This document shows positions 26,234 through 34,616 of a stretch of DNA of 53,305 bases, one piece after another. This stretch comes from Caproiciproducens sp. (lineage in GTDB: Bacteria; Bacillota; Clostridia; Oscillospirales; Acutalibacteraceae): assembly GCA_036260545.1 (NCBI GenBank), contig DATAML010000048.1, forward strand, positions 1-53,305, read 5' to 3'. The position numbers and the translations under genes were made by a program. Positions within the stretch are counted from its first letter, which is position 1. Each line of letters starts with the position of its first letter. Below the pieces are notes generated by a model. That model was not told the origin of the DNA and made no database searches. It saw only the letters and a list, made by a program, of their open reading frames with translations.

Positions 26234-27964
26234 ATGACTGGTTTTGACAACCTTTGTATGAACTGTATGTTTGATACAGCCGGCAAGACCGAATGTCCAA
26301 ACTGCGGGTTCAGCTCTGCGGAGCCCCAGATGAGCCATGCGCTTCCGTACAGGACCGAACTGCAGGACCGGTATATTGTCGGGCGTGCAAAGCAGAACAA
26401 CGGCGAGGGAGCTACTTACATCGGTTACGATAAGGTTCTCAAAACACCGATTGAACTGCGGGAATTCTTTCCGCAGACTTTGTGTGAAAGAGCCGAAAAC
26501 CGGACGGATATCCGTGTGGTCGGCGGCAGCGAGGTCATTTTTGATGAATGTCTTGCCGGATTTCTGAACTACTCCAGGGAAGTCGCCCATATGAGGGAGC
26601 TTTCCGCGGTTGTGCAAATCTACGATATCTTTGAAGAAAACCATACGGCTTATACGGTATCGGAATGGAACGAGAGCATTACGCTGCGCTATTTTGTCGA
26701 GAGGAGCGGCGGCAGTCTCAGCTGGAACGCGGCAAGGCAGCTGTTTATGCCCGTTCTTTCCGCGTTAAGCGCCATCCATGCCGCCGGAATCTGCCATCTT
26801 GGTATTTCGCCAGATACGCTCCACATTATGAAGGACGGTAAAATGAAGCTCGGCGGCTTCTGCACCAGCGCGGTACGCCGCATGGATACCGACCTTCCAC
26901 CCGATCTGGTGGCGGGCTGTTCCGCAATCGAACAGTATGTGATGGATTTTGTACCAAACGAGGCTACGGATGTTTACGGCTTTGCCGCTTCTCTGTTTTT
27001 TGCGCTGACGGGTACCATGCCCAACGATGCGCTGAAACGCCGCACGGACTCGCGCCTGCTCATTCCAACCAGTGTCCTGCGCGGGCTTCCGCCCCATGTT
27101 GTAACGGCGGTTGCCAATGCGCTTCAGGTTTCCCCGGATAAGCGCACGCCGACTTTTGAGCGCCTGCGCGCCGAGCTTTCCGCCGCGCCTACGGTTACGG
27201 CCACCCTTGACGTAACCCAGAGGCTTGATCCTCATGATTACAATCCGGATGACGGAAAGAAAAGGAAAGAAGTTCCAAATTTTGTCTGGGTTCTGGTTTC
27301 ATGCGTCATTGCGCTGATCGTGTTTACGTCGGTCGGAATCCTTTGGATTTCCAATTCGGGAATTGCCGGAACCGCTGCGCCGCTCACAAAGTCCGCACAG
27401 ACAGACTCTGAGGAGAACGCGGATGGCAGTCTTCTGAGTTCCACCGAATCTGCGGATCCCAATCTGATTGCAGCCCCGAATTTGATCGGACAGAATTATA
27501 ACGACCTGGCCAGCGCGGCTTCTTCTGCTTCTTCCGAAAACCGGGATTACCAGCTGCTGCTTTCTACCAAGCAGTTCAGCGATACCGTTCCGGAAGGCTG
27601 TATTATCTCACAGTCTCCTCCCGCCGATACAAAAATGGCAAGGGGCATGGAGATCGTAGTCGTGGTGAGCCAAGGGGCGGCAGTGCGCACGCTGCCTTCC
27701 ATAAAAGGCAAATCCTTGTCAGACGCTTCCGAGGCGGCGGCTTCGGCCGGCTTTATTCCCACAAAGACTGAGGAATACAGCAATACCGTGCCTGCCGGAT
27801 ATGCCATTGGTTATCAGAAGCTGAAAGAGGGCAGCCAGCTGGCTTACGGCACCCAAGTGGTTATTGTGGTCAGCAAAGGGCCTCAGCCGGTAAGCTCCGC
27901 TATGCCCGAATCGTCATCAGCATCATCCGGCGCCGGTTCTTCGGCTGCTTCCTCAAACGGATGA
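26234..27964 (+). CDS. Membrane protein: N-terminal zinc ribbon + degenerate Ser/Thr-kinase fold (pseudokinase) + TM helix + two PASTA domains
   Basis: CMNC-x9-CPNC forms the zinc ribbon. The kinase-like core has its catalytic positions replaced: IELRE for VAIK, HLGISPDT for HRDxKxxN, and LGGF for DFG. DVYGFA and DKRTP are retained. The TM helix is FVWVLVSCVIALIVFTSVGILWI. Two PASTA-like repeats follow (PNLIGQNYNDL...VVVVSQG and LPSIKGKSLSDA...VIVVSKG). Confidence 0.8.
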   Translation: MTGFDNLCMNCMFDTAGKTECPNCGFSSAEPQMSHALPYRTELQDRYIVGRAKQNNGEGATYIGYDKVLKTPIELREFFPQTLCERAENRTDIRVVGGSEVIFDECLAGFLNYSREVAHMRELSAVVQIYDIFEENHTAYTVSEWNESITLRYFVERSGGSLSWNAARQLFMPVLSALSAIHAAGICHLGISPDTLHIMKDGKMKLGGFCTSAVRRMDTDLPPDLVAGCSAIEQYVMDFVPNEATDVYGFAASLFFALTGTMPNDALKRRTDSRLLIPTSVLRGLPPHVVTAVANALQVSPDKRTPTFERLRAELSAAPTVTATLDVTQRLDPHDYNPDDGKKRKEVPNFVWVLVSCVIALIVFTSVGILWISNSGIAGTAAPLTKSAQTDSEENADGSLLSSTESADPNLIAAPNLIGQNYNDLASAASSASSENRDYQLLLSTKQFSDTVPEGCIISQSPPADTKMARGMEIVVVVSQGAAVRTLPSIKGKSLSDASEAAASAGFIPTKTEEYSNTVPAGYAIGYQKLKEGSQLAYGTQVVIVVSKGPQPVSSAMPESSSASSGAGSSAASSNG

Positions 27965-27976
27965 ACATAGAATCGC

Positions 27977-28010
27977 AAGCGGCCCGGAACAGCTTCCGCG
28001 GCCGCTTTTT
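27977..28010 (+). terminator. Rho-independent terminator after the pseudokinase gene
   Basis: aagcggcccggaa/ttccgcggccgctt forms an imperfect GC-rich stem, followed by ttttt. Confidence 0.65.
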
Positions 28011-28238
28011 AACACAGCCGGTTAAACGCGATATTTTACACGCGGGAAAAATACCCGGTTTTGCCCGAAGAATAAGCTTTCGGCCGTCTGGTATAAAATT
28101 ACAGTCATTTTTTCTACAAATTCCTGCTATATTGGTGTAAAAATTTAAAAAAATACTGGAAATAGAACGAAATGTATATTATAATAGTTTAAATAGGATC
28201 GGTTGATTTTCATAGATTACATTTCTGGGGGTAACACG

Positions 28239-29012
28239 ATGGATGCGGTTAGCAAGAACAGTAACAGCAAACTTTTCAACGTTTTAGATAGAATATGGAA
28301 TGGACCGAGCGACGAGTCAGAAAATCCTGCTTACAGCATGCAGATAGATAAAAATAAATCAGTAAATTCCGAAGGTGGCGATCACGTGTCAAATTTTAAA
28401 ATTGAAGTAAAATCTGAAGAACCGGATCTTGAGGAGGCAGAAAAAATGAAACCCGATATTTATCCGATCAAGCCCGATGTATATTCGATCAATTCCGGTT
28501 TTCAGCCGATAAACATTAACAATCCAACAGAAAAGAGCACGGCTGCTCAAAGCACGCTCATTTCAAAGGGGACAACCATTACCGGCGATATTACTTCCGA
28601 CGGCGATTTGGAAATCTACGGCGGGGTAAAGGGTACTGTAAGCACAACCGGCAACATTAAAATCAGCGGGAAGCAGATCGGCGATGTGTCCGGTTCAAGC
28701 CTGATGCTGGAATCCTGCACCGTGCGTGGCAATCTTACCGCGTCCGAGGATATCAACATTGACAGCGATTCCGTTATCATCGGCGATGTTAAAACCAAGA
28801 ATCTGATCATTGACGGTAAGCTTCAGGGAAATGTCCACGCCAAGAGCAATATTACCTGCCAGAGCAACGCGATTGTCATCGGCGATTTGGTAGGAGCTTC
28901 CGTATCGGTCAAAGACGGAGCCAAGCTGCAGGGCAAGATGCAGATATTCAACGGGCAGCTGGGTGAAATCAAAATTACAGACGAAGCAAAAGTCGTGCCC
29001 GTAACAGAATAA
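28239..29012 (+). CDS. Bactofilin-family polymer-forming cytoskeletal protein with a roughly 110-aa N-terminal extension
   Basis: The C-terminal beta-helix repeats are ITGDITSDGDLEIYGGVKGTVSTTGNIKISGKQIGDV...VIGDVKTKNLIIDGKLQGNV...VIGDLVGASVSVKDGAKLQGKM. ATG at 28239. Confidence 0.8.
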   Translation: MDAVSKNSNSKLFNVLDRIWNGPSDESENPAYSMQIDKNKSVNSEGGDHVSNFKIEVKSEEPDLEEAEKMKPDIYPIKPDVYSINSGFQPININNPTEKSTAAQSTLISKGTTITGDITSDGDLEIYGGVKGTVSTTGNIKISGKQIGDVSGSSLMLESCTVRGNLTASEDINIDSDSVIIGDVKTKNLIIDGKLQGNVHAKSNITCQSNAIVIGDLVGASVSVKDGAKLQGKMQIFNGQLGEIKITDEAKVVPVTE

Positions 29013-29023
29013 AAAATAATATG

Positions 29024-29062
29024 AAAACGGCTTGAAGCAGAATTGCTTCAAGCCGTTTTTTT
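29024..29062. terminator. Bidirectional terminator between bactofilin and the amidohydrolase gene
   Basis: aaaacggcttgaagca-gaat-tgcttcaagccgtttt forms a 16-bp stem, followed by ttt. Confidence 0.75.
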
Positions 29063-29083
29063 GGCATCAGGGAAAGTACAGTG

Positions 29084-29875
29084 TTAGTCAAGCCGGAGCA
29101 GATCAGCAGCGCTGCGCCAATAAATATTCTCTTTTTCGGAACTGCTGAGATGTGTCCGTTCAATATATTGGAACTCATCGCAGGAACGGCTCCACGGGCA
29201 GTCACTTGCGAATAACACTCGCTCCGAACCGTGCTTCCTTACAATCCGCTCGAACTGTTCGGGCGGGCAGAGGCTTGCGCACATTGCGGTGTCAAACCAG
29301 ATATCCCTGCCTGCCAGAAGTTCCTCTACTTCGTCGTACATTGCCATGCCGCCAAGATGGGCGACGATTATTTTCATCTTCGGAAACCGTTCGGCAGTTT
29401 TTGCAACAGCGGCGGGGGAGGCGTGAACCGTATTCGGCGATACGGGGTCGCGCCCGGTGTGAAAGGCAACCGGAAGTCCGAGTTCAGAAATCGTATCATA
29501 GATTTCGTCCATTTTTCTGTCGTCGATAAAAAAGCCCTGATAGTCGGGATGAAGTTTAATGCCGCGCAGCCCGAGCTGCTTGATCCGGTAAAGCTCCTCT
29601 ACTGCGTCTGGTGCGTCCGGATGCACGGAACCGAAACAAAGGATGTCTTTGCTCTGAACGGAAGCCGCCCAGTTGTTTACCGCGGTTTGCTGGGTTGGCT
29701 TTGTGGCGATATTCAGTACGGCGCACAAGTCAACGCCCCAATCACGCAGTTTTTCGGCGGTGCCGCCCGCCGTTCCGTCGGTATAGTACGGACATTTGCA
29801 GATGCGCGCGAGATTATGCAGCGCCCTTTCGGCTATTTTATCGGTGAACATATGGACATGCATATCAATCAGCAT
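29084..29875 (-). CDS. Amidohydrolase-family metal-dependent hydrolase (TIM-barrel)
   Basis: MLIDMHVHMF is an HxH metal motif. Later features are IKLHPDYQGF, AHLGG and FASDCPW. GGAGG RBS. Confidence 0.75.
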   Translation of the reverse strand: MLIDMHVHMFTDKIAERALHNLARICKCPYYTDGTAGGTAEKLRDWGVDLCAVLNIATKPTQQTAVNNWAASVQSKDILCFGSVHPDAPDAVEELYRIKQLGLRGIKLHPDYQGFFIDDRKMDEIYDTISELGLPVAFHTGRDPVSPNTVHASPAAVAKTAERFPKMKIIVAHLGGMAMYDEVEELLAGRDIWFDTAMCASLCPPEQFERIVRKHGSERVLFASDCPWSRSCDEFQYIERTHLSSSEKENIYWRSAADLLRLD

Positions 29876-29995
29876 TTGAAACCTCCGGTAAATAAAACAA
29901 TTTGGCGCAGCCGCAAAAAGCGGCTTTAAATACAGAAAAGAGCGGGCACAGTGTGCACCCGCTCTGAACTTTAAGCTGCTGACAGCGAAAGAAAA

Positions 29996-30265
29996 TCAGT
30001 CGCTGCTGAATGGAAGCAGTGCAAGATGACGCGCACGCTTGATCGAGATGGTCAGCTCACGCTGATGATGTGCGCAGGTGCCGGTTACTCTGCGAGGCAG
30101 AATTTTCGCCCTCTCGGAAATAAAGCGGCGAAGCTTGGCAACATCTTTATAATCGATCGTGTCGATTTTATCAACACAAAAACTGCAAACTTTTTTACGG
30201 GTCTTACGTCCGCCGGGGCGGCGGTCACGGTCTTGTCTATCGTTTCTGTCATTTCTGTCGGCCAT
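29996..30265 (-). CDS. rpsR: 30S ribosomal protein S18
   Basis: [63 protein letters not shown]. Confidence 0.95.
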   Translation of the reverse strand: MADRNDRNDRQDRDRRPGGRKTRKKVCSFCVDKIDTIDYKDVAKLRRFISERAKILPRRVTGTCAHHQRELTISIKRARHLALLPFSSD

Positions 30266-30310
30266 GGCAGGAAGCCTCCTTTTCTCATCAAATTATTAGT
30301 AACTGAAATT

Positions 30311-30763
30311 TTAGAACGGCAAATCGTCGTCTGAAGGAATTTCTTCAAAGTCGCCTGTATCACCGCTTGCATAGGCGGGAACAGGCTGCTCGGCTCCGTT
30401 TTCGGTTCTTGCATGATAATTGCCCGGCGCCGCAACGCTGTCGCGTTTTGACTCAGCAAAATGAACATTATCTGCAACAATTTCAAATGCTTTGCGTTTA
30501 TTCCCGTCCTTATCGGTGTAGCTGCGCGTCTGGATAGCACCCTGCACGGCAACCAGCTGCCCTTTACGGAAATACTTGCATACAAAATCGGCCGTGTTGC
30601 GCCATGCTACTACATCAATAAAGTCGGCCTGACGGTCGGCACCCGATTTTACATACGAACGGTCAACAGCAATCGTAAAACTTGTTACGGAAATGTCGTT
30701 CGCTGTGTGCCTGAGTTCAGGGTCGGCAACAAGCCTTCCCATTAAAACAGCGACATTGAGCAT
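30311..30763 (-). CDS. ssb: Single-stranded DNA-binding protein
   Basis: MLNVAVLMGRLVADPELRHT is an OB fold, and the acidic tail ends in DDDLPF. ATG at 30763, 5 nt after the rpsF stop. Confidence 0.95.
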   Translation of the reverse strand: MLNVAVLMGRLVADPELRHTANDISVTSFTIAVDRSYVKSGADRQADFIDVVAWRNTADFVCKYFRKGQLVAVQGAIQTRSYTDKDGNKRKAFEIVADNVHFAESKRDSVAAPGNYHARTENGAEQPVPAYASGDTGDFEEIPSDDDLPF

Positions 30764-30768
30764 ACAGA

Positions 30769-31077
30769 TCACGCTTCCTTCTTGGTTTCTTTCTTTATGA
30801 TGAGAGAACGAAGGACACCATCGGTAATTTTGTAGATTCTGTCGAGTTCTGCGGTAAACTCCGGAGCGCTTGTAAAGCTGATTAAGGTATAATAACCGTC
30901 TTCCTGCTTATTGATGGGGTATGCAAGTCTGCGCTTGCCCCACTCATCCACGCTGTCGATCGTACCGTTTGTTTCAATCAAAGTCTTGAACTTCTGGACC
31001 ATTGCTGCGATTCCGTCGTCACCCAGTGTTGAGGAAAGGATGAATACGGTCTCATAAGAATTCTTTACATCTGACAT
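30769..31077 (-). CDS. rpsF: 30S ribosomal protein S6
   Basis: YETVFILSSTLGDDGIAAMVQKFKTLIETNGTI...WGKRRLAYPI. Confidence 0.95.
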   Translation of the reverse strand: MSDVKNSYETVFILSSTLGDDGIAAMVQKFKTLIETNGTIDSVDEWGKRRLAYPINKQEDGYYTLISFTSAPEFTAELDRIYKITDGVLRSLIIKKETKKEA

Positions 31078-31155
31078 TTGTTTGCACCTCCTTTTGGACT
31101 TTAGGCCCCGGAATAAATCCGGAGCAAGGATAGAAAGCCGAAATTACGGCTTAAC
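31078..31155 (-). promoter_or_regulatory. Structured rpsF 5' leader (candidate S6:S18 autoregulatory element)
   Basis: The minus-strand leader holds hairpins GCCGUAAUUUCGGC and CUCCGGAUUUAUUCCGGGG. An upstream CCUU can pair with the AAGGAGG RBS. It is modelled only by eye. Confidence 0.4.
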
Positions 31156-31161
31156 AGAACA

Positions 31162-31190
31162 ATTATATCAGCATGACCATGTTTCGTCAA
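31162..31190 (-). promoter_or_regulatory. Sigma-A type promoter of the rpsF-ssb-rpsR operon
   Basis: Minus strand: TTGACG (31190-31185), a 17-nt spacer, then TATAAT (31167-31162). Confidence 0.6.
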
Positions 31191-31204
31191 GAACGAATTT
31201 ATGC

Positions 31205-32083
31205 TTAAAGCGTATTGCTGAGCTCTTTCAGATATGCTTTGAAGTCTTTCCCGATTTCAGGATGCTTCAGCGCTACCTCAACCTGCGCCTGCAGGATTCC
31301 CAGCTTGTTTCCCATATCATAGCGTTTTCCGGTGTATTCCACGGCGACCATGCCGGTGCTGCGTGCAAGAGTGCACATGGCGTCTGTCAGCTGGATTTCG
31401 CCGCCCGCGCCGGGCTCTGTTTTATCCAGAATATCAAAAATGTCCGGCGTAAGGATGCAGCGGCCGAGAATGGAATACAGTGACAGAATCTTGTCCGGGG
31501 ACGGCTTTTCGATCATATCCGTACATTCGAAATAGTTGTCGTGGATATTTTCCACTTTCAGTGAGCTGTATTTTGTAATAGCTTCCGCCGTGACCTTCTT
31601 TACACCTAAAACACCCTTGCCGAATTCTTCATAAGCCTTAATCAGCTGGCCGCAGGCAGGGTCTTCGCCGATGATCACGTCGTCGCCGTAAAGAACCGCA
31701 AAAGGCTCGTTCCCAACGAAGGAGCGCGCGCAGTTTACGGCGTGGCCAAGTCCGCGTGTTTCCTTCTGGCGGACAAAATAAATATTGGCGAGGTGTGAGA
31801 TGTCAATAATATCATTCAGTATTTTTTCTTTTTCTGGCCCGCCGCTGGTCAGCTTTGCCTCCAGCTCCGGCACGCGGTCAAAGTGGTCCTCAATCAGCCC
31901 CTTGCCGCGGTTTGTTATAATCAGGATATCGGTGATGCCGGAATGAACAGCTTCCTCAACAATATATTGGATGGCCGGCTTGTCCACAATGGGCAGCATT
32001 TCCTTCGGCATTGATTTGGTGGCCGGCAGAACGCGCGTACCAAGTCCGGCCGCAGGGATAACGGCTTTTGTAACTTTTTTCAT
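31205..32083 (-). CDS. galU: UTP--glucose-1-phosphate uridylyltransferase
   Basis: MKKVTKAVIPAAGLGTRVLPATKSMPKEMLPIVDKP. ATG at 32083 after GGAG. The longer ORF-track start has no RBS. Confidence 0.9.
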   Translation of the reverse strand: MKKVTKAVIPAAGLGTRVLPATKSMPKEMLPIVDKPAIQYIVEEAVHSGITDILIITNRGKGLIEDHFDRVPELEAKLTSGGPEKEKILNDIIDISHLANIYFVRQKETRGLGHAVNCARSFVGNEPFAVLYGDDVIIGEDPACGQLIKAYEEFGKGVLGVKKVTAEAITKYSSLKVENIHDNYFECTDMIEKPSPDKILSLYSILGRCILTPDIFDILDKTEPGAGGEIQLTDAMCTLARSTGMVAVEYTGKRYDMGNKLGILQAQVEVALKHPEIGKDFKAYLKELSNTL

Positions 32084-32100
32084 TTTAACAACTCCATTTA

Positions 32101-33162
32101 TTATATTGATGATATGTAAACGAGAATCATGTAGCAGACTAAAAGACAAATCGCAAGGGGCGTATTCACGCCGCCGTGTTCCTGAAACTGAATGGATATC
32201 TCCGTGGGCGTCGAGGCGTTGTGATGGATCTCATCAATTTTTTCCACACAGTGCTTCAGGTACCACCGGTTTCCGTTGATTCCAACCACCAGCATGATGA
32301 CCAGATGGATGATGGCGATCATCGGAGGAATGCAGAACAGCAGAATCTTTTCCGGGGGCTGTTGGGCAAGAAGCTCGGAAGCCTGCAAAATCTGCGCGTA
32401 GGTAAACGAGGTCGATTCCGAGTTGATTCCCACCTGCTCAAACAGCCACTGCTCAAGCGGTGCGGTAAAGTTCACTGTTACATAAAATGAAACCAGGTAA
32501 AGAAACGCCATAACCGAGGTGATGACCGCGCCCAGTTTATATTGCTTCCGGTAAAGCATCCAGCCGCCGGAAAACAGAAACGCGCTGAAATTAAAGCGGC
32601 TCCGGTTGAAACGGGCAAGATTCATAAACGTGGGGAGAAAATACTGCGTATTGCTTTGAACCAGTTTGGCCACTTCTCCCGCGGGAATATTGTCAATCGG
32701 TTCGTTCGGGTTTACACCGCCCATCGGGTCGAAAACAAACGGAATGGGTTCGCCGGGAAAGCCGCCCGGCGCGTTGCCGTTCGGCTGGTTTGGGTTGAAC
32801 GGCATTCCGTTTAGCGGGAACCCTCCGTACGGAGCCCTGCCCTGCGGGAACCCCTGATGCTCCGGCTGGTCGGCAGAAAGAAACAGCCCGCAGTGTTCGC
32901 AAAAAATCGCGCTCTGGGAATTGGCCGTGCCGCATCTGGGGCACCGTTTTGTATTGGGATCGGAGTTGTCCGGGGCCGGCTCGGCTTTTGGCGGCGCCCA
33001 CGCTTCCGGCGTGCCGTGTTTATCTGCAAAAACACAGCTGCCCGCTTCTGCGTAGCACTCACGGTGGTACGGAGCGCCGCATTTTGGGCAGACCACAATA
33101 TCGTCATTAGCGGTAAAAGCCTTTCCGCAAACCGGACATTTTATACCGGTATAGTCAGTCAT
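32101..33162 (-). CDS. Zinc-ribbon / Pro-Gly-rich linker / DUF2628-like multi-TM membrane protein
   Basis: The N-terminus has CPVCG...CPKCGAPYHRECY and CPRCG...CEHCG ribbons. The linker is Pro/Gly/Asn-rich (GFPQGRAPYGGFPLNGMPFNPNQPNGNAPGGFPGEP). The C-terminal hydrophobic domain contains FSGGWMLYRKQY. Confidence 0.65.
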   Translation of the reverse strand: MTDYTGIKCPVCGKAFTANDDIVVCPKCGAPYHRECYAEAGSCVFADKHGTPEAWAPPKAEPAPDNSDPNTKRCPRCGTANSQSAIFCEHCGLFLSADQPEHQGFPQGRAPYGGFPLNGMPFNPNQPNGNAPGGFPGEPIPFVFDPMGGVNPNEPIDNIPAGEVAKLVQSNTQYFLPTFMNLARFNRSRFNFSAFLFSGGWMLYRKQYKLGAVITSVMAFLYLVSFYVTVNFTAPLEQWLFEQVGINSESTSFTYAQILQASELLAQQPPEKILLFCIPPMIAIIHLVIMLVVGINGNRWYLKHCVEKIDEIHHNASTPTEISIQFQEHGGVNTPLAICLLVCYMILVYISSI

Positions 33163-33315
33163 AGCTTATCCTCCTGTAAAAAATAAACCTAGCATACAGT
33201 TTATTGTATCGAATTTTCTGAAAAACTTCAACGCTTTCTTCAATAAGTTTTCATCTCATTCATAATTTCCGGCTGGTCATGCCGCCGCATATTCCGCTGA
33301 AACCGGAAATTTTTC

Positions 33316-33344
33316 TTTACAACAGCATGGAAATATTTTATAAT
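33316..33344 (+). promoter_or_regulatory. Sigma-A type promoter for prfB
   Basis: TTTACA (33316-33321), a 17-nt spacer, then TATAAT (33339-33344). Confidence 0.55.
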
Positions 33345-33389
33345 TAATTGGTTAAGAATAAAATTATTATGATGCTTTTAAAGGATGAT

Positions 33390-34520
33390 ATGATGCTGCA
33401 ATTTGAGGAATTAAGGCTTTCACTGGAAGAACTTGAGCCGGGCCTGAAGGATTTAGCCGAGGCACTGGGGCTCGAAGGCATGCGCGAGGAAATCGCGAAG
33501 CTGGACGAAAAGGCTGCCCAGCCGGGATTCTGGGATGACATGAGCGTGTCGCAAAAAGTGCTGCAGCGCTCCAGTATGCTGAAAAATAAAATTGCGGCCT
33601 ATGAGCGTTTAAAAAGCTCCTATGAAGATACGCTTGCTTTGATTGAGCTTGCCAACGAGGAAAACGACCTTTCCCTTCTGCCGGAGGCAGAGGAGGAATT
33701 TGACAAATTTAAAAACGAACTGGAAGCGCAGCGCCTCTCCACCCTTTTGACGGGCGAGTATGATACTAAAAACGCGATTCTCACCTTCCACGCGGGCGCG
33801 GGCGGAACTGAGGCGCAGGACTGGGCGGAAATGCTTTATCGCATGTACTGCCGATGGGGAGAGCGTCACGGCTATCAGGTAAAAACACTGGATTATCTGG
33901 ACGGGGAAGAAGCCGGGCTGAAAAGCGCCAGTATTCTGATCGAGGGTATGAACGCCTACGGATTTCTGAGAAGTGAGACCGGCGTGCACCGCCTTGTGCG
34001 CGTCTCGCCGTTCGATGCTTCAGGCAGGCGGCACACTTCGTTTGCCTCGCTGGAGGTTATGCCGGAAATCGACGACGATGTGGATGTGGAAATCGACCCC
34101 GCCGATATTAAAATGGACGTTTACCGCGCAAGCGGCGCCGGCGGCCAGAAGGTCAACAAGACTTCCTCCGCGGTGCGTCTTACGCATATCCCCACGGGAA
34201 TTGTCGTGGCCTGCCAGGTGGAGCGCAGCCAGTACCAGAACCGCGATGTTGCAATGCGCATGCTGAAATCAAAGCTGGTTGAAATCAAAGAGCGCGAAAA
34301 CTTGGAACGCATTGAGGATATCAAGGGCGAGCAGAAGGAAATCGGCTGGGGCTCCCAGATCCGTTCCTATGTTTTCATGCCGTATACGCTTGCAAAGGAT
34401 CACCGCACCGGCTTTGAAATGGGAAATATCAACGCGGTTATGGACGGTGACATTGACGGTTTCATCAACGCTTATTTAAAAGCCCAGAGCCTTGGAACTT
34501 TGAGTGCGAACAACGAATAA
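33390..34520 (+). CDS. prfB: Peptide chain release factor 2 (single uninterrupted frame)
   Basis: The SPF tripeptide (RVSPFD) and GGQ (SGAGGQKVN) are present. The start is ambiguous among the ATGs at 33369-33393. The TTG at 33348 is excluded because it lies at or before the predicted TSS. Confidence 0.9.
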   Translation: MMLQFEELRLSLEELEPGLKDLAEALGLEGMREEIAKLDEKAAQPGFWDDMSVSQKVLQRSSMLKNKIAAYERLKSSYEDTLALIELANEENDLSLLPEAEEEFDKFKNELEAQRLSTLLTGEYDTKNAILTFHAGAGGTEAQDWAEMLYRMYCRWGERHGYQVKTLDYLDGEEAGLKSASILIEGMNAYGFLRSETGVHRLVRVSPFDASGRRHTSFASLEVMPEIDDDVDVEIDPADIKMDVYRASGAGGQKVNKTSSAVRLTHIPTGIVVACQVERSQYQNRDVAMRMLKSKLVEIKERENLERIEDIKGEQKEIGWGSQIRSYVFMPYTLAKDHRTGFEMGNINAVMDGDIDGFINAYLKAQSLGTLSANNE

Positions 34521-34616
34521 TTACAAAGATTAACAATTTTGAAATAATTCTTTACTTTATTTTAACAGCAGGATGATTATAATGATGAATAGCAGATCAT
34601 TTCCGGTTGTACCCGG

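Noticed and set aside
33348-33389. The N-terminal extension of prfB (MVKNKIIMMLLKDD...) starting at the TTG at 33348.
   Set aside because: The TTG lies 4 nt after the -10 hexamer of the only plausible promoter, so it would not be in the mRNA. RF2 homologues begin near the MLQFEELR region.
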